A DNA stretch of 64,000 bases. Source: an uncultured Gammaproteobacteria bacterium (lineage in GTDB: Bacteria; Patescibacteriota; Patescibacteriia; Patescibacteriales; GWC2-42-12). A program made the translations under genes and the position numbers. Below the pieces are notes generated by a model. The model did no database searches. It saw nothing but the letters and a program-made list of their open reading frames with translations, and was not told the origin of the DNA. The stretch covers positions 27,103 to 91,102 of the forward strand of contig CAZHZE010000001.1 in the NCBI GenBank assembly GCA_964537265.1, written 5' to 3'. Shown here one piece after another: positions 43,641-53,470 of the stretch (position 1 is its first letter; each line of letters starts with the position of its first letter).

Positions 43641-43796
43641 TTAAAATTTAATCCCCAAAAAATACATTACGAAGCAACTTAAAAAAAATAAAGCCGAACC
43701 TATTATTTTTGCTTTTTTGGGCATAACTCCTCCTGCTATAACCAAGGTAACTCCGGCCGCAGTAGTAAGACAAAGAATAAATTTTATTATTTCCAA
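43641..43796 (-). CDS. Candidate 51-aa two-TM membrane peptide (absent from the ORF track)
   Basis: Hand translation from a TTG start gives MEIIKFILCLTTAAGVTLVIAGGVMPKKAKIIGSALFFLSCFVMYFLGIKF. AGGAGG lies 8 nt upstream and the ORF has its own terminator. Confidence 0.45.
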   Translation of the reverse strand: MEIIKFILCLTTAAGVTLVIAGGVMPKKAKIIGSALFFLSCFVMYFLGIKF

Positions 43797-43876
43797 TATT
43801 ATTCCCTCCTAAATTTATTTTAAAAAATATTTAATTTTTTATTTTTATTTAATTAATACTAACATAGTATATTAAT

Positions 43877-44881
43877 ATGTCAAACCAAAACCACCCTGAA
43901 TATCAATACTTAAATCTACTTCAAGATATTTTAGATAACGGCTCAGATAAAAAATTATTTTTTACTCCCGAGGTGCTGCAGCAATATGCAGACAAAGGCG
44001 AAGAGCCGCCTTATATACGATCAGTTTTCGGCCGCCAAATTCGTTTTGATTTATCCAAAGGTTTCCCGGTCTTAACTACTAAAAAAGTTTTTACTCGAGG
44101 CATTATTGAAGAATTAATTTGGTTTCTATCCGGCAGTTCAAATATTAAATATTTAGCCGATCGCGATGTGCATATCTGGGATGAATGGGCCTGGAAAAGG
44201 TACCATAAATATTGTTTAGCTAATGCGCCGGCCGAAGATTTAACGCAAGCTGATTTTATAAAAAAAATAAAAGAATTGCCGGCTGACGATGAATTTGTTA
44301 AAACTTGGGGCGACTTAATTACTATTTACGGACGCATGTGGCGCCGCTGGCCAGCTTCGGACGGCCGCGAGATAGACCAATTAGGCTGGTGCATTCAAGG
44401 TTTAAAAGATAAACCATTTAGAAAATCTTATGTGGTTTCAGCTTGGAATCCTGATTTTATTTACGCTATGGCTTCAAAAGGCAACGCCAACGAAGTGCCG
44501 CCGTTTTGCCATACCACTTTTCAATTTCAAACCACTGGCGACGGTGTTCTGAATTTAGGTTTATACCAAAGAAGCGCTGATGTATTTTTGGGCGTACCAT
44601 TTAATATAACTAGCTATGCCCTACTTCTTCTGATGGTAGCGCAGGTTACTGGTTTAAAACCCGGAGAATTTGTCCATACTTTCGGCGATGTGCATCTTTA
44701 TTCAAATCATTTTGAACAAGCTAAATTACAACTATCGCGAGAACCCAAGCCTTTCCCGAGTATTAAATTAAATCCGAATATAAAAAATATAGACGATTTT
44801 AAATACGAAGATATAATTATAGAAGGTTATGATCCGCATCCGGCCATTAAAGCCGAAATTGCTAACATCGGAGGATTTTAA
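43877..44881 (+). CDS. thyA: Thymidylate synthase ThyA (long form with an internal insertion)
   Basis: [42 protein letters not shown] (catalytic Cys), [15 protein letters not shown] and FGDVHLY. Confidence 0.9.
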   Translation: MSNQNHPEYQYLNLLQDILDNGSDKKLFFTPEVLQQYADKGEEPPYIRSVFGRQIRFDLSKGFPVLTTKKVFTRGIIEELIWFLSGSSNIKYLADRDVHIWDEWAWKRYHKYCLANAPAEDLTQADFIKKIKELPADDEFVKTWGDLITIYGRMWRRWPASDGREIDQLGWCIQGLKDKPFRKSYVVSAWNPDFIYAMASKGNANEVPPFCHTTFQFQTTGDGVLNLGLYQRSADVFLGVPFNITSYALLLLMVAQVTGLKPGEFVHTFGDVHLYSNHFEQAKLQLSREPKPFPSIKLNPNIKNIDDFKYEDIIIEGYDPHPAIKAEIANIGGF

Positions 44882-44882
44882 T

Positions 44883-45362
44883 ATGATTTCAATTATCTGC
44901 AACATCGCTAAAAATCGAGCTATCGGTTTTCAAAATAAATTGCTTTATGATATTCCGGAAGACATGAAACATTTTAAAGAAACTACAACCGGCCACGTTG
45001 TTATTATGGGAGAAAAAACTTTTCATTCCATGAATGATCGACCGTTGCCTAACCGCGTTAATATTATTTTAACTTTAGACAAAGACTTTAAGGCTGAAAA
45101 TTGCTTAGTCGCCCACTCCATCGAAGAATCAATTGAATTGGCCAAAGCGCAAAATAAAGGTGAAATATTTTTTATTGGCGGCGGCATGATTTATAAGCAA
45201 GCTTTGCCTTTCGCTGATAAATTATATTTAACTATTGTCGACGATGAACCGACGCAAGCTGATACTTTTTTTCCTGAATATCCAGAATTTAAAAACATTA
45301 TTAAAAAAGAAGACAAAGAATCAAATGGTTATAAATATAGCTTTGTAGAACTAATTAGATAA
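44883..45362 (+). CDS. folA: Dihydrofolate reductase
   Basis: MISIICNIAKNRAIG, VIMGEKTF, LPNRVNIILT and IFFIGGGMIY. GGAGGA lies upstream, and the ATG lies 2 nt after the thyA stop. Confidence 0.85.
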   Translation: MISIICNIAKNRAIGFQNKLLYDIPEDMKHFKETTTGHVVIMGEKTFHSMNDRPLPNRVNIILTLDKDFKAENCLVAHSIEESIELAKAQNKGEIFFIGGGMIYKQALPFADKLYLTIVDDEPTQADTFFPEYPEFKNIIKKEDKESNGYKYSFVELIR

Positions 45363-45414
45363 ATATTTATCCCGTTAGAAATTGCCAATTTAACGGACAT
45401 AAATAATTAATAGC

Positions 45415-46005
45415 ATGAAAACGCAAAAAAATAATATTTCTAACGGGGTGAAAAATAAAAAAGTTATCGCTATTATTGGCATGGCTGGATCAGGAAAATC
45501 CGCGGTAGTTAATTATTTACAGAAAAAATATGACTGGCCAAAAATTTATTTAGGAGAAGCCACTTTTAAACGCTTAAAAAAAGAAAAATTGGCCATTAAT
45601 TATATTAATGAAAGAATTATTAGAGAAAAAATCAGGCAAGAATTAGGCATGGGCGCTTACGCCAAGTTAGCTTTGCCTAAGATTACAAAAATTTTAAAAA
45701 TTAATAAAATAATCATACTCGAAAGCCTTTATAGTTGGGATGAATATAAAATATTTAAGAAAAAATTTAAAGAAAATTTTTTAGCTATAGCAGTAACCAC
45801 GCCAGCAAAAATTAGATTATCCAGACTTAAAACCAGATCAATACGCCCAATAAAAACCATGGCTGAATTAAATAAAAGAGACATCACGGAAATAGAAGGA
45901 ACAGATAAAGGCGGTCCCATCGCCGTGGCTGATTACACAATTATAAATGACGGCAGTTTAGAAAATTTACATAAACAGATTGACCAAATTATTAAAAAGA
46001 GTTAA
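45415..46005 (+). CDS. P-loop nucleotide kinase (UPF0200 / dNMP-kinase-like)
   Basis: Walker A IGMAGSGKS and a small kinase-like fold pattern. It sits inside the nucleotide-metabolism cluster. Substrate unknown. Confidence 0.55.
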   Translation: MKTQKNNISNGVKNKKVIAIIGMAGSGKSAVVNYLQKKYDWPKIYLGEATFKRLKKEKLAINYINERIIREKIRQELGMGAYAKLALPKITKILKINKIIILESLYSWDEYKIFKKKFKENFLAIAVTTPAKIRLSRLKTRSIRPIKTMAELNKRDITEIEGTDKGGPIAVADYTIINDGSLENLHKQIDQIIKKS

Positions 46006-46066
46006 ATTATAACTGAATTTTATCAAGGAGGAGTGCCTAAGGAGCACTCTTTTATTGTTTGTTAAT

Positions 46067-47116
46067 ATGGAAAAAAATCACGGAAAATTTATAGTGATTG
46101 ACGGTATAGACGGTTCAGGAAAAACCACCCAAACTAAACTTTTGGCGGAAAATTTAATGCAAGCTGGTTTTGATATAAAAATAATTGACTTTCCGCAATA
46201 CAACACAAAATCAGCCGGTTTAGTTGAAGAATATTTGAGCGGTAAATATGGTTCATTAGAAAAAGTCGGGCCTTATCGCGCTTCTATTTTTTACGCCTGT
46301 GACCGCTATGACGCCAGCTTCAAAATAAAACGATGGCTTAAAGAAGGAAAAATCATTATTTCCAACCGCTATGTAATGTCTAATATGGGTCATCAAGGCA
46401 GTAAAATAAAAAATTCTCTGGAAAGAAAACATTTTTTTAATTGGCTAAATCAACTTGAATACGAAATTTTTAATATACCGAGACCTGATTTAAATATTAT
46501 TCTACATCTTAAACCAGAAATCGCTAAAGCCTTAGTCGATCGAAGACAGAGGCAAGATTGGTTTAATAAAACCAGCGACATTCATCAAGCAGATTTAAAC
46601 CATTTAAAAAGAGCTGAACAAACTTATTTACAAATTGCTAACTCTCATCCTGATTGCGTTATAATTGAGTGCGCTAATGAGCGAGAAATTTTACCGCCAG
46701 CAGAAATTAATAATCTAATTTTCAGGCAAGTTATAAATAAATTAGCTTTGTTTCCTAAAGCAAATTTAAAAAACAAAAGGAAGATGATTATTGAAAGATT
46801 AACGCCGACGGCCTTCGCTCCGACTAAAGCCGATCACCAGCGGCCATTATTTAATTTATATTCAGCGGTCGGCATAACTATAAACTCAGGAGAGAATGCG
46901 GACATAAAAACCGGTTTAAAAATTTATTTGCCAAAAAACTATATCGGTTTGATTTTAGACTACCAGCCGAATTTAAAAAATAATTTGATAATTTTAAAAA
47001 ATAGAATTAACTGCGAAACTAACTCAGAAATTATTATTAATTTAACGAATTACAGCGACCAACCGCTAGCTATCCCGGCCGGACAAAAAATTGCGCAAAT
47101 GTTGATAATTGGCTAA
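46067..47116 (+). CDS. tmk: Thymidylate kinase fused to a degenerate dUTPase-like C-terminal domain
   Basis: The N-terminal part has FIVIDGIDGSGKTTQ and ACDRYD. The last ~110 aa align to Dut only at motif 4 (GQKIAQM). Motifs 1-3 are altered (FNLYS, LDYQPN, INCETNSE) and motif 5 is absent. Confidence 0.8.
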   Translation: MEKNHGKFIVIDGIDGSGKTTQTKLLAENLMQAGFDIKIIDFPQYNTKSAGLVEEYLSGKYGSLEKVGPYRASIFYACDRYDASFKIKRWLKEGKIIISNRYVMSNMGHQGSKIKNSLERKHFFNWLNQLEYEIFNIPRPDLNIILHLKPEIAKALVDRRQRQDWFNKTSDIHQADLNHLKRAEQTYLQIANSHPDCVIIECANEREILPPAEINNLIFRQVINKLALFPKANLKNKRKMIIERLTPTAFAPTKADHQRPLFNLYSAVGITINSGENADIKTGLKIYLPKNYIGLILDYQPNLKNNLIILKNRINCETNSEIIINLTNYSDQPLAIPAGQKIAQMLIIG

Positions 47117-47117
47117 A

Positions 47118-48632
47118 ATGATAAATATGAAATACGACGTAATTATCGGCCTGGAAATACATGCCGAATTAAAAACTAAATCTAAAATGTTTTGCTCATG
47201 CAATAACGACGCGCACGGTAAAAAACCTAACACTACGGTCTGCCCGATTTGCATGGCGCACCCGGGAACCTTACCGATTCCTAATAAGCAAGCTATTGAA
47301 TGGACGATCTTAATCGGCCTGGCTTTGAATTGTAAAATCAATGAACTTAGCAAATTTGATCGCAAAAATTATTTTTATCCTGACCTGCCTAAAGGCTATC
47401 AAATTTCCCAATATGATTTGCCTATTGCTTATGATGGATTTTTACAAATTGACGAGAAACCGGTTTTAATTACCCGCATTCATTTAGAGGAAGACACTGG
47501 CAAATTAATTCATCCAGCCGGAAAAAAACATTCATTAGTAGACTATAATCGCGCCGGCACGCCATTAATTGAATTAGTGACCGAACCGGTAATTCGCGAT
47601 GCGGCCACGGCTAAAAAATTCGCGATAGAATACCAGCAAATTTTAAGATCATTAGATATCTCTAACGCCGACATGGAAAAAGGAGAAATGAGATGCGAAG
47701 CTAATATCAGCGTGCAGGAAAAAGGCAAATGGAAATATGAGAATGGACAAATTTTACCGATTGGCGATTATAAATTAAATCCGAAAGTAGAATTGAAAAA
47801 TATAAATTCTTTCCGTTATATGGAAAAGGCCGTTGATTATGAAATTAAACGCCAAATAAAAGCTTTAGCGGACGGAGAAAAATTAGTTCAGGAAACTCGC
47901 GGTTGGAATAACAATAAAGGCATAACTTTTAGCCAACGCGTTAAAGAAACTTCAGCCGACTATCGATATTTCCCCGAACCGGATATTCCTCCGCTAAAAA
48001 TCAACCAAAAATGGATAGACAAAATTAAAGCTGGCATGAACGAATTGCCAGCGCAAAAAATTAAAAGATTTAAAGATGAATTTTTATTTTCCGATAAAGA
48101 AGCAGAAATTTTAGCTAGCGACCAATATCTGGCTGACTATACGGAAAAAGTTGTTTCCGAATTGCGCGCCTGGATAAATTCTACTGGCGATGACTGGGAA
48201 AGGCAAAAAAATAAACTAGCTAAAGCAACGGCTAACTGGTTAATTAATGAATTATTTAGACATCTAAAAATCGACGGCTTAAGCATTAAAAAAATAAAAA
48301 TTACTCCGGAAAATTTTGCTGAATTGATTTGCTTGATTTATCAAGATAAAATTAATTCTTCAGCCGCTCAAACTATTCTAGAATATATGTATAAAAAGGG
48401 CGGCGACCCGACTAATATTATGGCGGATTTAGGCTTGGAACAGCTTGACGATAAAGCAGCGCTGGAAAAAATTATTGCAGAAATAATTTTAAAAAATCAA
48501 AAGCAGGTTGAAGAATATAAAACCGGCAAAACTAATGTCTTACAATTTTTAGTTGGTCAGGTTATGGCCGCAACCAAAGGCAAGGCTAACCCTAAAATAG
48601 TAATTGAATTATTAAAAAATTTGCTAAAATAA
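47118..48632 (+). CDS. gatB: Asp/Glu-tRNA amidotransferase subunit B
   Basis: YDVIIGLEIHAEL, CPICMAHPGTLP, NYFYPDLPKGYQISQ and HLEEDTGK. The start could be 47118 or 47127. Confidence 0.9.
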   Translation: MINMKYDVIIGLEIHAELKTKSKMFCSCNNDAHGKKPNTTVCPICMAHPGTLPIPNKQAIEWTILIGLALNCKINELSKFDRKNYFYPDLPKGYQISQYDLPIAYDGFLQIDEKPVLITRIHLEEDTGKLIHPAGKKHSLVDYNRAGTPLIELVTEPVIRDAATAKKFAIEYQQILRSLDISNADMEKGEMRCEANISVQEKGKWKYENGQILPIGDYKLNPKVELKNINSFRYMEKAVDYEIKRQIKALADGEKLVQETRGWNNNKGITFSQRVKETSADYRYFPEPDIPPLKINQKWIDKIKAGMNELPAQKIKRFKDEFLFSDKEAEILASDQYLADYTEKVVSELRAWINSTGDDWERQKNKLAKATANWLINELFRHLKIDGLSIKKIKITPENFAELICLIYQDKINSSAAQTILEYMYKKGGDPTNIMADLGLEQLDDKAALEKIIAEIILKNQKQVEEYKTGKTNVLQFLVGQVMAATKGKANPKIVIELLKNLLK

Positions 48633-48708
48633 GCAAATAAATTAACAAAACTATTGACAAATTATATTTTGTATGATATAATATATTAATAACTATTAAT
48701 AAAAATTT

Positions 48709-49062
48709 ATGGAAATGTGGCCTGAAAATTTCAACAATAAAGAAAATATTGAGGAAAATAAGGATAGAAAAAAAAATAATTTACCAGAAAAAACTCAATC
48801 TGATTTAGAATCTGAACATTTTTCTCATTATATAACAGAAGCGCTCTACAAAATGGGCGAACCGGGTTTAGCCGAATTAATTCATGCTAAAGATAAAAAA
48901 ATAATGGCTTTAATTAATTTGGAAGCTCGCAAAGCCGCCATAACCGGAGATCAAGTTGAAAAAACCAATCCTGAAGGCTTTGATGTTGTAGAGCATATGA
49001 AAATGAGGGCGGAAATTTTTTCTCAACAATTAATACAAAATAAAGAACAATACTTCAACTAA
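48709..49062 (+). CDS. Hypothetical protein
   Basis: 117-aa ORF followed by a terminator. No family recognised. Confidence 0.5.
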   Translation: MEMWPENFNNKENIEENKDRKKNNLPEKTQSDLESEHFSHYITEALYKMGEPGLAELIHAKDKKIMALINLEARKAAITGDQVEKTNPEGFDVVEHMKMRAEIFSQQLIQNKEQYFN

Positions 49063-49077
49063 AATAATCTGTGCATA

Positions 49078-49112
49078 AATAAAATACCAGTATATAAAAT
49101 ACTGGTATTTTA
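49078..49112 (+). terminator. Terminator after ORF 48709..49062
   Basis: Stem ATACCAGTAT / ATACTGGTAT followed by a T-run. Confidence 0.65.
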
Positions 49113-49128
49113 TTTAATTTTAGCTGAT

Positions 49129-49277
49129 TTGACAGATTTTCTAAGAGTGGTATCATAAAAATAATGTATAAAATTAAATCAACTAAAATCAAATCATATA
49201 CCTGCTTGAACTTAATGTTCGAGAGGAAAACTATTTCCTAAAAAAATTCCCCGTTGCAAAAACGGGGAATTTTTTTA
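49129..49277 (+). ncRNA. Candidate small RNA or attenuating leader: promoter, AU-rich 5' part, three hairpins, intrinsic terminator
   Basis: TTGACA (49129-34), a 16-nt spacer and TGGTATCAT (-10 at 49151-56). Hairpins lie at 49205-23 (CTTGAAC/GTTCGAG) and 49224-39 (AGGAAA/TTTCCT). The terminator at 49245-77 is AATTCCCCGTT-GCAAA-AACGGGGAATT plus T6. Confidence 0.35.
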
Positions 49278-49342
49278 GAGCGTAATTTTAACGGAATAAT
49301 AATAAAAACAAAAAACAACGAACATTTTAATAGGAGGCTTTT

Positions 49343-49750
49343 ATGGATTGCTTGTACAAAAAATTTTGCGTTTTAGGAGGAATCGGTTGTGATGATGGCA
49401 ATAACTGCGGTGAAAAAATGAGACTCGACGATCTGGCCAAAGAAAAATGCCCTATCGCGCTTGAATCGGGCAAAGTGTTAGATTGCGATTTACCTTTATT
49501 TATCAGGGCTCTTATTCCGGGGCATGCATCATGCGTCCAAGGCGCTCAATGCATTTTCGCAAAATATTACCCCCAGCTCAGATCAGAAGGTTATGCCGGT
49601 AAATTAAATTCTCTCACCCGCAAAGAAATCATCCATTTATCCGCAGAAATAAAAACAACACTTCGTAGCGATTTTCCTCAACAACAATTAAAGTTTGGGG
49701 ACACTACCAAAGAAAGTCAAAGCAGTTTTACTTTTGCCGCCACCGCATAA
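49343..49750 (+). CDS. Cys-rich hypothetical protein
   Basis: 135-aa ORF with TAGGAGG 5 nt upstream of the ATG. It contains 10 Cys. No family recognised. Confidence 0.55.
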   Translation: MDCLYKKFCVLGGIGCDDGNNCGEKMRLDDLAKEKCPIALESGKVLDCDLPLFIRALIPGHASCVQGAQCIFAKYYPQLRSEGYAGKLNSLTRKEIIHLSAEIKTTLRSDFPQQQLKFGDTTKESQSSFTFAATA

Positions 49751-49769
49751 TAAACGGCTACGTACAAAT

Positions 49770-49806
49770 AAAAAAGGGTTGCACCAACGCGACCCTTCTT
49801 TTTATT
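49770..49806. terminator. Bidirectional terminator (ORF 49343..49750 / miaA)
   Basis: Stem GGGTTGC / GCGACCC with loop ACCAAC, flanked by an A-run and a T-run. Confidence 0.55.
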
Positions 49807-50710
49807 TTAAAAATGTTTTTACTAATTTTTTAATCTTCTTATCATCTTTTAACCAATTTATTTTTGCGCCTTGCTTCTCCCAACGCTTAAACCAAGTGAG
49901 CTGCCGTTTAGCGAATTGATAAATCGCGATGTTTAATTTTTTCACCATCTCATCATAAGAAAATTTATTTTGTAAATACAAGGCGATAAATCTATATTCT
50001 AATCCGAACTCTTCTAATTTTTTCCAACTCAATCCCCTTTTACGTAATTTTTTTATCTCCCCTATCATATTTTGTTTCTCTAATCGTTCAAGTAATCTTT
50101 TTAAAATTCTTTGTTGCAAAACTTCGCGGGAAATATTTACGCCGATAAGTAGAGCTTGATATTTTTTTTCCCCGGATCGGCTTTTAAAATTTTTATCCTG
50201 GCCTAAAATTTCTAAATATCTAATTAAACGGCGTTTATTATTTTTATCGCTTTGGTTAAGTTTAGCCACCATTTTCGGCGCGAGTTTTTTTAATTTATTA
50301 AACAATTCTAGGACGTTTAATTTATCTAATTTTTTCCTTAAAACTAAATCGCTTTTTATATCTGACAATTTATAGTTATCTATTACGGCCTGTAAATATA
50401 AACCGCTGCCGCCGGCTAAAATCGGCAATTTTCCGCGCTTTAAAATGTCGTCAATGGCTTTAAATGCCGCTTCCTGATACTTTGCTAGGTCAAACCTAAT
50501 CTTAGGGCTTACAACGTCAATTAAGTGGTACGGCACGCTATATTCGCTTAAATCCTTGCCTGTGCCAATATCCATGCCGCGATAAACCTGACGCGAATCA
50601 GCGCTCACGATTTCGCCATTAAATTTCTCGGCCAGCTTAACCGCCAACTTAGTCTTACCGCTAGCCGTTGGGCCTAAAATTACTAAAATTTTATTTCCGC
50701 TTTTTTTCAT
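49802..50710 (-). CDS. miaA: tRNA dimethylallyltransferase
   Basis: ILGPTASGKTKLAV, SADSRQVYRGMDIGTGK and LAGGSGLYLQAV. Confidence 0.9.
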   Translation of the reverse strand: MKKSGNKILVILGPTASGKTKLAVKLAEKFNGEIVSADSRQVYRGMDIGTGKDLSEYSVPYHLIDVVSPKIRFDLAKYQEAAFKAIDDILKRGKLPILAGGSGLYLQAVIDNYKLSDIKSDLVLRKKLDKLNVLELFNKLKKLAPKMVAKLNQSDKNNKRRLIRYLEILGQDKNFKSRSGEKKYQALLIGVNISREVLQQRILKRLLERLEKQNMIGEIKKLRKRGLSWKKLEEFGLEYRFIALYLQNKFSYDEMVKKLNIAIYQFAKRQLTWFKRWEKQGAKINWLKDDKKIKKLVKTFLK

Positions 50711-51947
50711 AATTGATTATCTCGCCTTCTAAGCCAAAATCTTTGGCTTCAATAATTTTTACATTTACGAATTTACCAATTAAATTATTTTTATTATTCT
50801 TCGCTATAAACTTAACATTTTTTTCCGTCGCAGTTTTACCGAACCATTGCCCCGTTTTACCTTTACCCTCAACTAATAATTTAACGGTTTTACCAAAATA
50901 TTTTTTATTATTAGCTAAAGCTGTTGAACTTAAAATTCTGGTTAATTTATTTTCTCTAACTTTCTTTTCTCTTAACGATACATTATCGCCTAATTTAAAA
51001 GAGGCTGTGCCTGGGCGAGGGCTATAACGAACGATATAAGCTAAATCAAATTTAATATCTTTCATTAATTTAGCAGTATTGCTAAACTGCTTTTTAGTTT
51101 CTCCGGGAAAACCAACGATAATGTCCGTAGTAATGCTGACGCCGGGCATAATTTTTCTAATTTTTTTTATTAAACCTTTATAATGCGCGACAGTATATTT
51201 TCTATTCATTAAAGCTAATATTTTATCATCGCCGGCCTGAATCGGCAGATGGATATGATGGCAAACTTTTTTAGAACTGGCAATAACTTTTATTAATTTA
51301 TCGCTCATGTCTTTAGGATGGCTCGTGATAAACCTAATCCAAAAATCACCTTTAATTTCATCAACCATTTTTAATAAATCAGCAAAATCAATTTTGCCTG
51401 ACTTATAACTATTTACATTTTGCGCGATTAAAACAATTTCTTTATAATTATTTTTAACTAATTTTTTAACTTCAGCTAATATCTCTTTAGCTGGCCGGCA
51501 GACTTCTCTGCCCCTAGCGTAAGGCACGACGCAATAAGAACAAAAATTATTACAACCATTACCAATCGGCACATAAGCGCTGAATTTAGATTCATACTTC
51601 GGGGCTATTTTCAAATAATCATTAGGGCACTTTGATTTCGTTATTTCATTAATCGGCAGCCAGACGTCTACATATTTTTTTAATCTATTTTTTACATCTT
51701 TTCTATTTACTAAGCAGCCGGTTAAAATTATTTTTGTCTTTTTATTAGCTTTTTTTATAGCTGGAATTAAGCCATAAATCCTATCTTCAGCCATCTGCCT
51801 AATGCCACAAGTATTAACCACAACTAAATCAGACTGATATTTTTTATCAGTCTTTTTATAACCTTGCTGCTCTAATAAACTAGCCACTCTTTCGCTATCA
51901 GATTTATTCATCTGGCAACCGATGGTAATAATATGATAAGTTTTCAT
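50691..51947 (-). CDS. miaB: tRNA-i6A37 methylthiotransferase
   Basis: TIGCQMNKSDSE, radical SAM cluster CNNFCSYC, IVGFPGETKKQF and a TRAM-like C-terminus. It overlaps miaA by 20 nt. Confidence 0.9.
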   Translation of the reverse strand: MKTYHIITIGCQMNKSDSERVASLLEQQGYKKTDKKYQSDLVVVNTCGIRQMAEDRIYGLIPAIKKANKKTKIILTGCLVNRKDVKNRLKKYVDVWLPINEITKSKCPNDYLKIAPKYESKFSAYVPIGNGCNNFCSYCVVPYARGREVCRPAKEILAEVKKLVKNNYKEIVLIAQNVNSYKSGKIDFADLLKMVDEIKGDFWIRFITSHPKDMSDKLIKVIASSKKVCHHIHLPIQAGDDKILALMNRKYTVAHYKGLIKKIRKIMPGVSITTDIIVGFPGETKKQFSNTAKLMKDIKFDLAYIVRYSPRPGTASFKLGDNVSLREKKVRENKLTRILSSTALANNKKYFGKTVKLLVEGKGKTGQWFGKTATEKNVKFIAKNNKNNLIGKFVNVKIIEAKDFGLEGEIINYEKKRK

Positions 51948-51952
51948 AAAAT

Positions 51953-53029
51953 TTATACTCCTAATTCTTTTAATATCTCTCTTTGCTTTCTTGATAATCC
52001 GGTCGGCGTTTTAACTATAACTTCAACTAAATGATCGCCACGCCCGCGTCCGTTTAAATGGGTTACGCCTCTGCCTCGTAAAATAAAAACTTTGCCGGAT
52101 TGCGTACCTTCAGGAATTTTTAAATCAACCGGTCCGTCGACGGTCGCAACTTCAATTTTATCGCCTAAAGCGGCTTGAGAAAAATTTATTTCTGCGCGGG
52201 ATTTTATGTTAAAACCATCGCGTTCAAAACGACGATCCGAATTAACTCTTATTTTTAAATATAAATCCCCTGTTTGCCCGCCTTTTACCGCTTCGCCCTG
52301 CCCGGATAATCTTATGGTTTCACCATTATCTATGCCGGCTGGTATTTTAATTTTCAAATTAACTATTTGTTGTGTTATACCGGCGCCTCGGCAAGCCGAA
52401 CATTTTTCTTTGAATGTTTTGCCTTCGCCGCCGCAATCATCGCAAGTCGTCTGCATTTGCATGTTGCCTAAAATAGTTCTTTGCACTTTTATAACTCGTC
52501 CTTTACCGCCGCAAGTTTTACAAGTTATAACTTCCGTTCCCGGTTCTCTGCCTTCGCCATTACATTTAGAGCATTTTACAGTTTTCTTTAAACTTATTTC
52601 TTTTTCTACACCGAAAACCGCTTCATTAAAATTAATAGTCAAGGCTACTTGTATATCATGCCCGCGCTTAGCGCTTCTATGTCTTGAACCACCGCCGCTA
52701 AAACCGAAAATATCACCAAACCCACCGAACATATCGCCTAAATCGTCCATATTAATATTAAATCCGCCATTAAAGCCTTCAAAGCCCCCAAAACCTTGAG
52801 CGCCACCAGCTTGGCCATATTGAAAAGACGAACCAAATTGATCGTATTGAGATCGTTTTTTAGGATCGCTTAAAACTTGATAAGCTTCATTGATTTCTTT
52901 AAATTTGGCTTCGTCGCCTGTTTTTTTATCAGGATGATGCTCGTGCGCTAATTTACGAAAAGCTTTTTTAATCTCATCAGGCGAAGCATTTTTATTTACA
53001 CCGAGTATATTGTAGTAATCTTTACTCAT
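51953..53029 (-). CDS. dnaJ: Chaperone DnaJ
   Basis: J domain (DYYNILGV ... HPDK), a G/F region, and four CxxCxGxG zinc motifs. Confidence 0.95.
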   Translation of the reverse strand: MSKDYYNILGVNKNASPDEIKKAFRKLAHEHHPDKKTGDEAKFKEINEAYQVLSDPKKRSQYDQFGSSFQYGQAGGAQGFGGFEGFNGGFNINMDDLGDMFGGFGDIFGFSGGGSRHRSAKRGHDIQVALTINFNEAVFGVEKEISLKKTVKCSKCNGEGREPGTEVITCKTCGGKGRVIKVQRTILGNMQMQTTCDDCGGEGKTFKEKCSACRGAGITQQIVNLKIKIPAGIDNGETIRLSGQGEAVKGGQTGDLYLKIRVNSDRRFERDGFNIKSRAEINFSQAALGDKIEVATVDGPVDLKIPEGTQSGKVFILRGRGVTHLNGRGRGDHLVEVIVKTPTGLSRKQREILKELGV

Positions 53030-53042
53030 ATTAATTTATAAA

Positions 53043-53076
53043 CCCTCTCCTTACTAAGGAGAGGGCAGGGTGAGGT
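53043..53076 (+). repeat. Hairpin-plus-AGGGTGAGGT element, copy A (abuts the DUF559 stop)
   Basis: CCCTCTCCTTA-C-TAAGGAGAGGG followed by CAGGGTGAGGT. Confidence 0.6.
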
Positions 53077-53435
53077 TATATTTTTTCGCATTTCTCATTT
53101 ATAACAGTTAAAACCTCATCCATATTTTCTTTTATGTCATTATTTGTAAATCTAATTACTCTCAATCCTAAACTCTCAAAATATTTTTCCCTGATTGCAT
53201 CATCTGCAATTTCCTTATTAGTTGAATGGGTGGCTCCATCAATCTCAATAATTAATCTCTTCTTGGGACAATAAAAATCCACAATATATTTACCAATGCC
53301 AAATTGGCGTTTAAATTTATAGCCTAAATTTTTATTTCTTAATTTTGACCATAATTTTATTTCCGCCAAAATCCCCTGTCCCCTTAAAATTTTTCTTAGA
53401 CCTTTCTGCGATTTGAGATTAAATAATTGAGTCAT
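53076..53435 (-). CDS. DUF559 (Vsr-like endonuclease fold) protein inserted between dnaK and dnaJ
   Basis: YIVDFYCPKKRLIIEIDGATHS ... DAIREKYFESLGLRVIRFTNNDI matches the DUF559 pattern (DF...L.IE.DG..H...D..R...L...G..V.RF.N). Confidence 0.8.
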   Translation of the reverse strand: MTQLFNLKSQKGLRKILRGQGILAEIKLWSKLRNKNLGYKFKRQFGIGKYIVDFYCPKKRLIIEIDGATHSTNKEIADDAIREKYFESLGLRVIRFTNNDIKENMDEVLTVINEKCEKI

Positions 53436-53438
53436 GAA

Positions 53439-53470
53439 ACCTCCCCTAGCCCCTCCTTCGCAAGAAGGGG
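53439..53470 (-). repeat. Hairpin-plus-AGGGGAGGT element, copy C (inverted relative to copy A; supplies the DUF559 SD)
   Basis: The minus strand reads CCCCTTCTT-GCG-AAGGAGGGG, then CTAGGGGAGGT, then TTC and the ATG. Confidence 0.6.

Noticed and set aside
49695-49919. The 74-aa plus-strand ORF overlapping the end of ORF 49343-49750 and the miaA 3' end.
   Set aside because: It crosses a bidirectional terminator and runs antisense to miaA, and it has no initiation signals.
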